This document shows, in pieces, positions 24,601 to 34,000 of a stretch of 64,000 bases of DNA. A model generated the notes under the pieces. The model saw only the letters and a list, made by a program, of their open reading frames with translations, had not been told where the DNA came from and searched no databases. The translations under genes were made by a program, and so were the position numbers. This stretch comes from a virus. Lineage: Duplodnaviria > Caudoviricetes. The stretch spans positions 2,227 to 66,226 of IMG/VR virus record IMGVR_UViG_3300017754_002058. One strand, 5' to 3'. Within the stretch, counting starts at the first letter, position 1, and each line of letters begins with the position of its first letter.

Positions 24601-27600
24601 TTATCTTTTAAACTCCTGCAACTTATCTTTATACACCTCTTGAATTTTCCACATTCTAGTAGGTATATCATAACCTCTTGTCTTACAAAACTCTTGGAAA
24701 GCCGCATCAGTAGCTATTGAATTTAATAGTGTTAACTCTTTCGCAATAGCTTTAGGAACCTCGCTCTCCTCTAAAATATTTATCATTTCCGACTGAATCT
24801 TAATTCTGTCACTACTAACGGTTAAGTCCAGCTCTTGTCCTTTAAGTTTCAACCGCGCCGTTGCTTCTTTTTTAAGATTATCGTAAGCCGCCGTACCTAC
24901 TTTGGGTAAATTAATGTCTTTAGGTGTTCTTTTTTCGGGATTAGTCTTATAGTAAGCCTCTAATAAAGTACCGTACTTAACCGCTTTAGCATAGCTAAAA
25001 TCGTAGTATTCTTCTTCCGTCATAGTTCTGCCCTCTCCGTCATTACCGACAACCGTTAAATTAGGACTTAGCACCGAAGGGGTACTTAAAGAAGGCTTGT
25101 ATTTATTTTGAAACAAATCTATTTCATCAGCGCCATCTTTCTTTGACATTGATTTGACAAAACCTCTAGTGCTATTTGCATAAACGTCTGCTTGGTCAAA
25201 TGAACGCCCTCTATAATCAAAAGCCTTTCTATCTACCATAAACGACATAATACCACTTTGCTTGTATAACTGCTCTTTAAGACCGATAGGGTTCTTCGCT
25301 TCCGAATTAACCATATTTACACCTTGTCTGAAAAAGCCCGTTGCGGGTACAATAGCACGGGTAGAAAATTCCGCGATAGTTCTATTCCAATACTTGCTAG
25401 ATTGTACCGTGTTTTCGGTAGTTATAGACCTGTAAAGACTTTGCATACCTCTTAGGTATTCATCATCTAAAATGCCGACCATTACACGTTCTCCAATAGT
25501 CATTACCGCGTTGTCAGCATCTTGCGCTTTAACCGCGGTTAACCTTTTTTGCTCACGCTTCCAGTCCTCGTACACCCCTAATAAAATTAGGTTTAAGTCC
25601 ATCGTGTTTGTAGCTTGAAATGGTATAGTATAACCATTGATAGTTATTGAGTTAGAAGGTCTAATAGTTCTTTCAACTTGATTATCTCTCCAATCGGTAG
25701 TACCCTGCGCGGTTATAGCCTTTCCGCTCTCTTCATCGTCGTCAGCCCAACTATAAAGAAGTGCCGCTATTAAACCTCCGACAGCCGCTCTCCAAGCATA
25801 TTCGCCAGCTCTTCTATAAGCTAGGTCTTTTTGTAACTCGGTTTCACTAAGAAGTCCTTTGCCTACATAAGCAAGTGATTTAACCGCGCCGTATGGGGCA
25901 ATTAACTCTAATCGTTTTTCTAAGATATTAGTAATACCTTTTAAGAAAGGAAGTGTTTGTAGAAAGATAATATCATTGACAACTTTTGCCGAAGATTTAG
26001 CTATTTCTGCGGCTCTAGGGTTAGTTTTTTCCAACTTCGTTGCCGCCAAGTTCACCGCTTGGGGCAAGGTCTTTTTAAGCTGGAGCAATCCAAAGTAAAG
26101 AACCCCGCTAATTCCAGCGTCGAGAGCTTTAAAGGTATATCTATTAGCGAAGTAAGAGCCTTCTTTAGTGGCTTCTTTCTCTCTAGTTTGAGTGACAATT
26201 TCTTGAACTCGGCGATTAAATCTAAATCTATCCGATTTTGAATCAGTCAACTCAATCTCTCTATCCTTAAACTCTTGTATTGCTTGTTCCTCTGCTTCTT
26301 CAATTTGTTTTACATACATTATCTCGTATGCACGTTTAGCGGCTTCTGAATTACTTAAAGTAGGGTCGTTTCGTTTTACTTGCTGCTTAATATAATCATA
26401 TTCACCAACCTCTTTTAGTACCGAACCATTGAGCGAGTCTGCGGCAGAAATAAGTCTACTTAACACTTTCTCTAAGTTCATTCCCGCAAGTCTAGGATAG
26501 TAGATAGCCTTTCCAAGAGCAGTCATTCTAGGGTTTAACTTCTTGTGTTCGATATAACGAATACGAGGCGTACCCTCTTTTGTTTCGGTTGTTTCGCTAA
26601 ACGCTGAACCTAAGTCAACACCACCATTCCATAAAATATCTAAGAAGTTAGCGGCGGCTTGTCCCGTAGATTTTCTTACTACTCTTAAAATCTCTTTATC
26701 TCCCTTGCCTTGTACTAGCGCTAGGTTGTTTACAAGCACTTTGTACGTTACCATATTCAAAGCGGTAAACACACCTAAAGCATTCTTTAAGATAGTAATG
26801 CCGCCAGTTAATATTCTAGCTAACATACGCTCTACCGTAGCTTTCCAAAGGTGCATATAGTCCTTTTTGTCTAGGAAGTAGAGTAGTTGCTCTTCTAGAT
26901 ACTCTCTCTCCGCTCCCATTGGAGAACGGTCAATAGCCTTAAGCATCGCTTCGATATATTGTTCGTCCTCTAGCGTTATTTGCTTTAAGCCTATTTCTTC
27001 TGCTAACTCATTACGTACATCTTCTTTGGTCAATGCGCCAGTATTGTACATCTCAATTAGCTTCTCTACCCTTGTTTTTCTTTTAGCGCGATTGAAGTTG
27101 CCTCTTTTACGAGCAATAGTATTTACCGTTGCTTGTACGGCTTTAATCTTTTTATCGTTTACCGTAGCAAAGAACATATCTCTAAGTAACGGCTCTTGAA
27201 TGGCGTAGTCGGACGGCGATAGGGTTGCCTTAATAATTGCATCTACTTTAGCCCACGCCGCATCAGGTGTTTTAGAACCCTTCACTACGCTTTCCCAATC
27301 TACTACTTTTACAGTATTTCCTTTGACTACTTTCTCCTTAAAATAACCCGCGTCAATCATTGCATTATTAATCGACTTAAGAATTTCCGTAGGCTTCAAC
27401 GCTTTCTCTTGTTGCTTACCTTGTAGGTATGCTTCGGCTTGTTTAGAGAACGTATTGGTATTATATAAGGCGTCTAGTTCTGCGGCTTTCTCTCTAACAT
27501 TCTCCTCTTTCGTTTTACGAGATTGGGCTTGGTTGATAGGTTGAGAAAGTAGGCGGCTAAAGGCACTTGTTTTTGACTTTTTGTCTTGCTCTTTTAAATA

Positions 27601-30528
27601 ATTTTCTACCGCATCAATGTATGTGCTTCCGCCAATTTTAGCATCCAACTCATTTGCCGCCGCCCTTAATCTATCCTCTCTTTTAACTGGAGTTTTATTT
27701 GTAGGCTGTTTCGCTTGAAGTTGTTTCTCTAATTTTTCAACGTCCGAAATTAGTTTGTTTTGTTCGGCTACTTTTGCTTTATTGGCAAAGTAATCGTCAA
27801 CAAGTTTAGTGTTTTCGGTTGTTCCTAACTCTTGGTCAAGCCTTGCCGCTTCATCACGCAGCTTTTGCTCTCTAGTTCGGTTGTCAGTTGCTGGCTTTTT
27901 AGCGTTGTCTTGTAGGCTTTTTTCAAGTTTAGCAACATCACTAGCAAGTTTGTTCTTTTTAGCTTGGTCTGACTTCTCGCTAAAGTAGTCTTCAACCATT
28001 TGAGTGAACTCCGTTGTTCCCTTTTCAGCATCTAGTCTAGCGGCTTCTTCACGTAACTTCTCTTCTCTAGTTCTATTGTCTACTTTAGGCTTTTGCTCTC
28101 TCTCCTCAAACGCCTTTTCAAATCGTGCAATATCACGCTCTAATTTTTCTTCTTTAGCTTCTTCTTCGCTTATCCCAAAATACTCATTAGCAGCATTGCT
28201 GAAAGAGTCTGTTCCTAGAGAGGCATCCAAATCGTCAGCTAATTCTTGAATCTTTTGCTTTCTAGTTTTATCGTCTTTTACTACGGGTAGTTGCTCTGAA
28301 AGGAATTTGCCAAACTTATTTATTTTAGTAGAAATTTCAGCGTTTCTTTTCTTATCCTCAATCTCTCGTTCTAACGCTTCAATCTTGGTCAAAGTTTCCA
28401 AAACCTCTTCATCGGTATTGAAACCTTCCGCTCCATTCTCTACACTCTTTTCTCTTAGGTTTGAGTACAAGTCACCATACGTTTCTTGGTACTGACCACC
28501 CGTATTTTTACGCATCCAGTCGTAGAAGTCTTGGAAAGAACGAACACCCTCTTGGATACCGTAAGCCCCAATAATACCTAGTTTCTTGTAAAGAACGGGG
28601 TCTAAAAATGGATTAGCACTAAGACGAACAGGGAGTTTTAACGCTTCCTTGAAGTCCTCTTTACTAACACCAAAACTTACACGCTTTCCTTTTGGCTTAG
28701 ATATAGAAATAGTAGTACCCGTCTTCTTTCCTTTAAGTCTTTCCAGCTCTTTCTCTAAACGCTTAATCTCTTCTTGTTGAGCCTCAATAGTTTTAACTTG
28801 GTTCTCTTCGTTAAACACTTCTCCTAGTGCTTCGTGAGTAGCCGTTGGGTCATTGAGTACATCAACTATCTTTTGTGCGTTCTTATCCGCGTTCTTAGCG
28901 AACAAATCGTTACGCTTCTTAACTGCTTTTCTTGCTTCTAAGATAACGGCAAGCGGCGACTTGTAGTAAATGTTTCGAACATAGCTTATGCCTCGACCAA
29001 AATCTCTTAGAGTATTGTCAAGCCTATCAGCCATTTCTATTTGTTTCTCCGCCCACTTCTCTTTATCCGCTCTAGTGTTTGCCTTCTCTTGATTTAACTT
29101 GTACGTATTTATTGCCTGACCATATACATACACCTTGATAACTGGCAAAACATTGCTGCTTTCTACATATTCTAAAGCCTTTTCTAAACCTCCTAATTTC
29201 TCTATAATGGCGTTACCCATAGCAATCACCTCATCGTCGTGAAGTACGTGGTAAAACTCTCCTAATTCACTATTAATCTTTTCTTTTACATCTTCACTAA
29301 GAGTAGAATTGTTTAAGGCATCAATAACCGCTTTTAATCTTTTTTCAGAAGGCGCTCTCTCTCCCGAATGAATGTTTGGTGTTTCAGGTGTGATAGGAGT
29401 ATTGAAGTCCGTAAAGACATACTCTAGGAACTCGTCAAAAGTTACCCCTTTTTCTTTCTCTACCGCCTCACGAATAGCTGCATATTTTTCACTTAGCAAG
29501 ACTTCGGAAATATCTTCCATTGACATTCCTTTGTCTATCAACTCTCCAATTTTAGACACAACTTTCGAAGATACTGTATTGGTGAGCTGGGGCATAACTT
29601 GACCGTCAGCTATCTTAACTTCGGTTTCCGCTTTCAATACCGCACCTACTCTTAACGCACTTGCAAACTGCTTGGCAAAATCCATTACATCCGCGTCGGT
29701 GTCTAGAGTTTGAGTAAGTTCTATTCCTAAAGAAGATAGAATAGATTTAAAGAAGTCCGCAATATCATTCCATATAGTTTGACCTACTAGGTTTTTGTGC
29801 TTGCCTATTGCTACGTTAGAAAGGAACTCACATACAATCTCAATGTCTTTCTCCGCTTGGGTATAAGGTGCTAGATAATTTTTATCTGCCCACTCGCCAT
29901 ACGTTTGTCCGTTGGGAGTTTGAACATTTCTTAGTTTAGAGGCAAACGCGGCTGCAAGTTCGGGACGGGCAAGTATAGCCGCCGCAACAATCGGGTGAGC
30001 CGCTTCGTGCGTTAGTGTGTTTGCGCCAGCCATTAAGCGATTGACTACGATTGAATCAGTAGCCGCGTCGTAAAAAGCCGCACTATTCTTAGCGTCCCTT
30101 TCGTTCATTCCCGACTCCATTGCTTTCTTTTCGTACTCTTTGTGACCAAGTACGGTGATAGAAAGGTTTGGCGCTATCTTAGAAAGGGCTTTAACTATTT
30201 TCTTTACATTACCTCTCATTGCCTTGAAAGGATATGTGTCGGTAATTTGCGCCTTTGGTGATAGGTCGGAAAGTAAATCGTCAAAAGAAGACTCAATTAC
30301 TTCTTTTGAAGTAGCCGTTTTCTCAAACTCTTTAAGTTGCTTTTCAGCTTCTTTTCTTAGTTCTTTTGCGGTTGGCTCTAGTTCTTCATCCTCTTTAATA
30401 ACTTTAGGGGTAAACAAATCTATGACGGTAGCGGTGTTCGCTTCATTACCCATCAATTTCTCCGTCAATAAAGCCTTAAACTCTTTCTCGGAGTATTCCT
30501 TACCCTTGTACGTGTAGACACAAGCCAT
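24601..30528 (-). CDS. Giant virion/ejection (polyvalent) protein B with zincin-like metallopeptidase domain
   Basis: 1975 aa; AAFYD...IVVN...TLTHEAAH...EIVCEFL near the N-terminus; internal helical repeats; position in the cargo operon. Confidence 0.7.
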   Translation of the reverse strand: MACVYTYKGKEYSEKEFKALLTEKLMGNEANTATVIDLFTPKVIKEDEELEPTAKELRKEAEKQLKEFEKTATSKEVIESSFDDLLSDLSPKAQITDTYPFKAMRGNVKKIVKALSKIAPNLSITVLGHKEYEKKAMESGMNERDAKNSAAFYDAATDSIVVNRLMAGANTLTHEAAHPIVAAAILARPELAAAFASKLRNVQTPNGQTYGEWADKNYLAPYTQAEKDIEIVCEFLSNVAIGKHKNLVGQTIWNDIADFFKSILSSLGIELTQTLDTDADVMDFAKQFASALRVGAVLKAETEVKIADGQVMPQLTNTVSSKVVSKIGELIDKGMSMEDISEVLLSEKYAAIREAVEKEKGVTFDEFLEYVFTDFNTPITPETPNIHSGERAPSEKRLKAVIDALNNSTLSEDVKEKINSELGEFYHVLHDDEVIAMGNAIIEKLGGLEKALEYVESSNVLPVIKVYVYGQAINTYKLNQEKANTRADKEKWAEKQIEMADRLDNTLRDFGRGISYVRNIYYKSPLAVILEARKAVKKRNDLFAKNADKNAQKIVDVLNDPTATHEALGEVFNEENQVKTIEAQQEEIKRLEKELERLKGKKTGTTISISKPKGKRVSFGVSKEDFKEALKLPVRLSANPFLDPVLYKKLGIIGAYGIQEGVRSFQDFYDWMRKNTGGQYQETYGDLYSNLREKSVENGAEGFNTDEEVLETLTKIEALEREIEDKKRNAEISTKINKFGKFLSEQLPVVKDDKTRKQKIQELADDLDASLGTDSFSNAANEYFGISEEEAKEEKLERDIARFEKAFEEREQKPKVDNRTREEKLREEAARLDAEKGTTEFTQMVEDYFSEKSDQAKKNKLASDVAKLEKSLQDNAKKPATDNRTREQKLRDEAARLDQELGTTENTKLVDDYFANKAKVAEQNKLISDVEKLEKQLQAKQPTNKTPVKREDRLRAAANELDAKIGGSTYIDAVENYLKEQDKKSKTSAFSRLLSQPINQAQSRKTKEENVREKAAELDALYNTNTFSKQAEAYLQGKQQEKALKPTEILKSINNAMIDAGYFKEKVVKGNTVKVVDWESVVKGSKTPDAAWAKVDAIIKATLSPSDYAIQEPLLRDMFFATVNDKKIKAVQATVNTIARKRGNFNRAKRKTRVEKLIEMYNTGALTKEDVRNELAEEIGLKQITLEDEQYIEAMLKAIDRSPMGAEREYLEEQLLYFLDKKDYMHLWKATVERMLARILTGGITILKNALGVFTALNMVTYKVLVNNLALVQGKGDKEILRVVRKSTGQAAANFLDILWNGGVDLGSAFSETTETKEGTPRIRYIEHKKLNPRMTALGKAIYYPRLAGMNLEKVLSRLISAADSLNGSVLKEVGEYDYIKQQVKRNDPTLSNSEAAKRAYEIMYVKQIEEAEEQAIQEFKDREIELTDSKSDRFRFNRRVQEIVTQTREKEATKEGSYFANRYTFKALDAGISGVLYFGLLQLKKTLPQAVNLAATKLEKTNPRAAEIAKSSAKVVNDIIFLQTLPFLKGITNILEKRLELIAPYGAVKSLAYVGKGLLSETELQKDLAYRRAGEYAWRAAVGGLIAALLYSWADDDEESGKAITAQGTTDWRDNQVERTIRPSNSITINGYTIPFQATNTMDLNLILLGVYEDWKREQKRLTAVKAQDADNAVMTIGERVMVGILDDEYLRGMQSLYRSITTENTVQSSKYWNRTIAEFSTRAIVPATGFFRQGVNMVNSEAKNPIGLKEQLYKQSGIMSFMVDRKAFDYRGRSFDQADVYANSTRGFVKSMSKKDGADEIDLFQNKYKPSLSTPSVLSPNLTVVGNDGEGRTMTEEEYYDFSYAKAVKYGTLLEAYYKTNPEKRTPKDINLPKVGTAAYDNLKKEATARLKLKGQELDLTVSSDRIKIQSEMINILEESEVPKAIAKELTLLNSIATDAAFQEFCKTRGYDIPTRMWKIQEVYKDKLQEFKR

Positions 30529-31022
30529 TATTTACCTAGTTTTTCGTCGATTTCAAGAAGTGCTGCGCTATTATCTTTAGCGATATTGAGTAAGGAAAGA
30601 ATGTCCTTTACCTCTCCTACTGCTTTTCTTTGAATTTCTATAAATTGCAAAAGGAATTGCGCCGTAACACAATCCTTCATTTTATCTTCCGCCGACTCGT
30701 ATAGTTGAACGTAGAAGTCTAGTAATGACTTTTCGGTTTCGTACACAATCTCAAAAGCGTCTAACAATCCTTTCGCTTTGTCCTTTTGTGCTTCTACCAT
30801 AGGTATTTCAGCTACATCACCTCTATCGTTAATGTAGTCAGCTAGTATTTGATAGTGACCAAGTTCAGACTCCGCTTCCGAGTTAAAATACTTTTGCGTT
30901 CCAAAGAAACCAATGGCTTGCATTTGTGCGGCAAGTGAACGGTATAGGTTGTGAGCGTACAGTTCGTGACTTATTGCCTTGATTAAACTTGCTTTAGTTT
31001 CTTTCTTTAGTAGTGATTCCAT
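30528..31022 (-). CDS. ftn: Ferritin
   Basis: Four-helix pattern with ferroxidase ligands E20, Y27, E53, H56, E97, Q131 (manual alignment to FtnA E17, Y24, E50, H53, E94, Q127). Confidence 0.85.
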   Translation of the reverse strand: MESLLKKETKASLIKAISHELYAHNLYRSLAAQMQAIGFFGTQKYFNSEAESELGHYQILADYINDRGDVAEIPMVEAQKDKAKGLLDAFEIVYETEKSLLDFYVQLYESAEDKMKDCVTAQFLLQFIEIQRKAVGEVKDILSLLNIAKDNSAALLEIDEKLGK

Positions 31023-31023
31023 T

Positions 31024-34000
31024 TTAGCACTTTACTTTTAGTATGTTGTTGCCTTTAGCGTCTTTTACTTCTTTTAAGGACTCAATTATGTCCTTGAAAT
31101 TTGATTCTACAAATATAGCCTTTTCTCCTACTTCTCCGTATTCTTTTACGGCTTCTTCCATAGCTTCTTTTTTACCTTTTACGGTTTTCTTAGTGCGTTG
31201 GGCGTTTTCAATAGTATCAAATACTTCTAAAATAGCTACTTCTTCGGTTGCTGGCTTTTGATTTTCTCTACCACCTTCTTTAGAAATATTCTCTTTAGTT
31301 CCTTCTTGATTTTTTGTTCCTTGTTCATTGCTTATTAATTCATTAAGTTTAACTTCATCTATATTGCCATCCGCATCGATAGCGTCACCATACTTAGTTT
31401 CAATCTCTTCAATAGACATTTCGTCTATATCCATCAAAGCGTCAATTACTTCGGGGGAGAACAATTCATCGTAGGCTTCTTGCTTTTGCGCTTCTTCTAG
31501 TTGCATTTCTTCATAAAAAGCCTCCGCGTCCCTTTCGTGACGTTTGTAATCTTGATATTGTTGGGGTGTCATACCCATCATATCAACCTCGGTTTCAGCT
31601 AAATAATCTTCTTCTAGATTTATACGCATATCTAGCTTAGACTCCGATTGAAGAATATCGATAATTATACTCCTAATATCGGGCTGATAAATCATTTCTT
31701 GTTGCTCTTCGGTTAGCCTTTCGTGAATGATTTCGGACAATCTTTCAATGCTAGGCTTTCCCTTTTGGTGTAAGCCTATTTTTCCTCGTAATTCCCTATT
31801 TCTCCCTCTTAACCCCAACTCTCTTATTAACGATTCCGTATCTACCTTACCTCCTCCCGAAAAGTATTGTCTAATATAAGTTTCAACCGCTTTATCAGGG
31901 TCACTAGGCTCAAACCCTAAAGTAGCTTCTCTAAATCTTTTCCGCGCCGCCGTCTTACTCTCTTTCTTTTGTTTCTTGGCTGGAGTTTGCTCTTTTACAA
32001 TATTTAATTCCGACAACGCTTCCGAAACGATACTCTCAATTTTCGTCTCCGTTTCTAGCGCTTGGGTTGTTTCTTTGCCTAAAATTTCATCAAACATTTT
32101 ACGTAATTCGGGAGTAAGTTGTTTTCCCGAAAGAGATTTGTAAACTGATTGAAATGCTTTGGTTATTTGGTCTAATACATCTTGAAAAGCCTTGCTAAAC
32201 CCTTGCTTGCCTTCTAAGTGATATTTCTCCCAGCTCTTTGCTATGAACTCTTGAACCGCTCTATACTTTTTGCTTGTTGTGCCATCTTTAAAAGCATCGT
32301 TGCCTTCGATTAATTGCTCAACTGTTACTTGGTTTTTAGGATTAGCCTTGTTAAATTCATCAACAATAGTTTGAGTATGCTTTAAACCTACTTCATTTCC
32401 CTCTTTCGCCCCGTCAATAATCGCCACTACTGTTGGGTGCATTATTTCGTGAGTAAGAGCTATTGTTGCTCTTGGACTACCATTAAAGTCCCTTATTGCC
32501 TCTACTATGTTCTTGCCGCTTTCTATTCTGTATTGGGCTTCGGCATCTTTAAACAACGGTTGTCCGCCTTCTACACTAGCTTTTAGTTCGGGTGTTATAT
32601 CTATGGAATATTGTTCAACAACTTTCCTTTGCTCTACGTCAGCAGAATTGCTTGTTTTCAAAAACACTTCAATTACCCCTTGTTCCGTGTCGGAACTTGT
32701 TACCGCATCACCATCTTTATCTACAATAACAAAATCTTTAGTATAACTACTTGCGTTTTTATATTCCGATTTTTTAATAATCTTAAAACCTTGTGCTTTT
32801 GCATTATCCCAACTCCTTACATATTCTTTGCCTATGTCTATTTTAGTTGTTTTCGGCTCTTGCTTGGTCAAACTCTTAGCCACATTACCTACTATGCCTA
32901 AACTACCTTCGGTTGTTGAGCCGTAAAAACCTTTCATTCCTTTGCCGCCTACCGCAAGATTATCCCCTTCAAGAACTTTTGTTGCCAAACCTTCTTGAAC
33001 TCGTCCTTTGTCATTAATAATCTTTTCAGCCACATCTTTACCAAAAGAACTTTCTAATTGATTTTCGGCTAATGCTTTTTCTTTGAAAACAATGTTTCCG
33101 TCTTTTTTTCCATATACTTGATATGTGCCATCTTCATTTCTTAGGTAGTTTATATTGTCAACTTGTTTTCTTAAATCATATCTTTCGTTTTGCTGCTCTC
33201 CAGTAGTCCAAGCAATCTTATCAACTCCTTGTGCAACCGCTTCTTTAAGCGCAACCTTTAGACCTAATTTAGTCCAAGCGTTTGTGTCCATTACGAAGGG
33301 GGCGGTTGGGGTGCCAGTAAAATCAGGGTTATATCCTGCTGTTTTAATTGCTTCCTTTTCGTTATTTGCAAACACATTCTTTTTAAATTCTGCTTTTTGA
33401 AAAACATCCCAACTTCCATCAGACTTTTGCTTTGCTGTAAAAATATCATTACCTGCAAAACCTACTTTTTTACCTTGTTGACCCCAATCGCTTTGCACTT
33501 CCTCAAGGAACAACACCTTCTTACCTTGTGCATCTGTGCGGGTGTTCATTCGTAAGTGAACAAGAATGTTTGGCTCTTCGAAGTGGGAGGATTTGAACTT
33601 AGTATTTTCCTTTATTGGAGTATACGTGTCCAATTCTTGACTAATACCACCCATTTCTAATGATATTTCTTCTCTTTTTGTCGTTGCCTCTTTTGCTATT
33701 TTTTCGTCCCTTGAATAAGAAAGGTCGTCATATTTATTGTATTCTTTTTCTAAACGATTCTGCTCTGCAATTAACTCTTTATATCTCGCATCTTTTGGTT
33801 TGGTTAAATTTTTACTTGGCATCGTAACCAACACCTCTTTGTAGTTTTCTTTTTCTCCTTCTAATTGGTATTGAGAGAATTTGGTAGCGTTTGTTGGTAA
33901 TATTCCATCTGAATTTTTTAAATCATAATATTCTAGTGCAAGATTATATAGATTTTTAGGTAAATCACTTTCTATATCTTCTACATATTCCCCATCCTTA

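Noticed and set aside
29680-29710. DTDAD (DxDxD) in giant protein B as an RNAP motif
   Set aside because: It lies in the helical tail of the zincin domain, with no NADFDGD-like context
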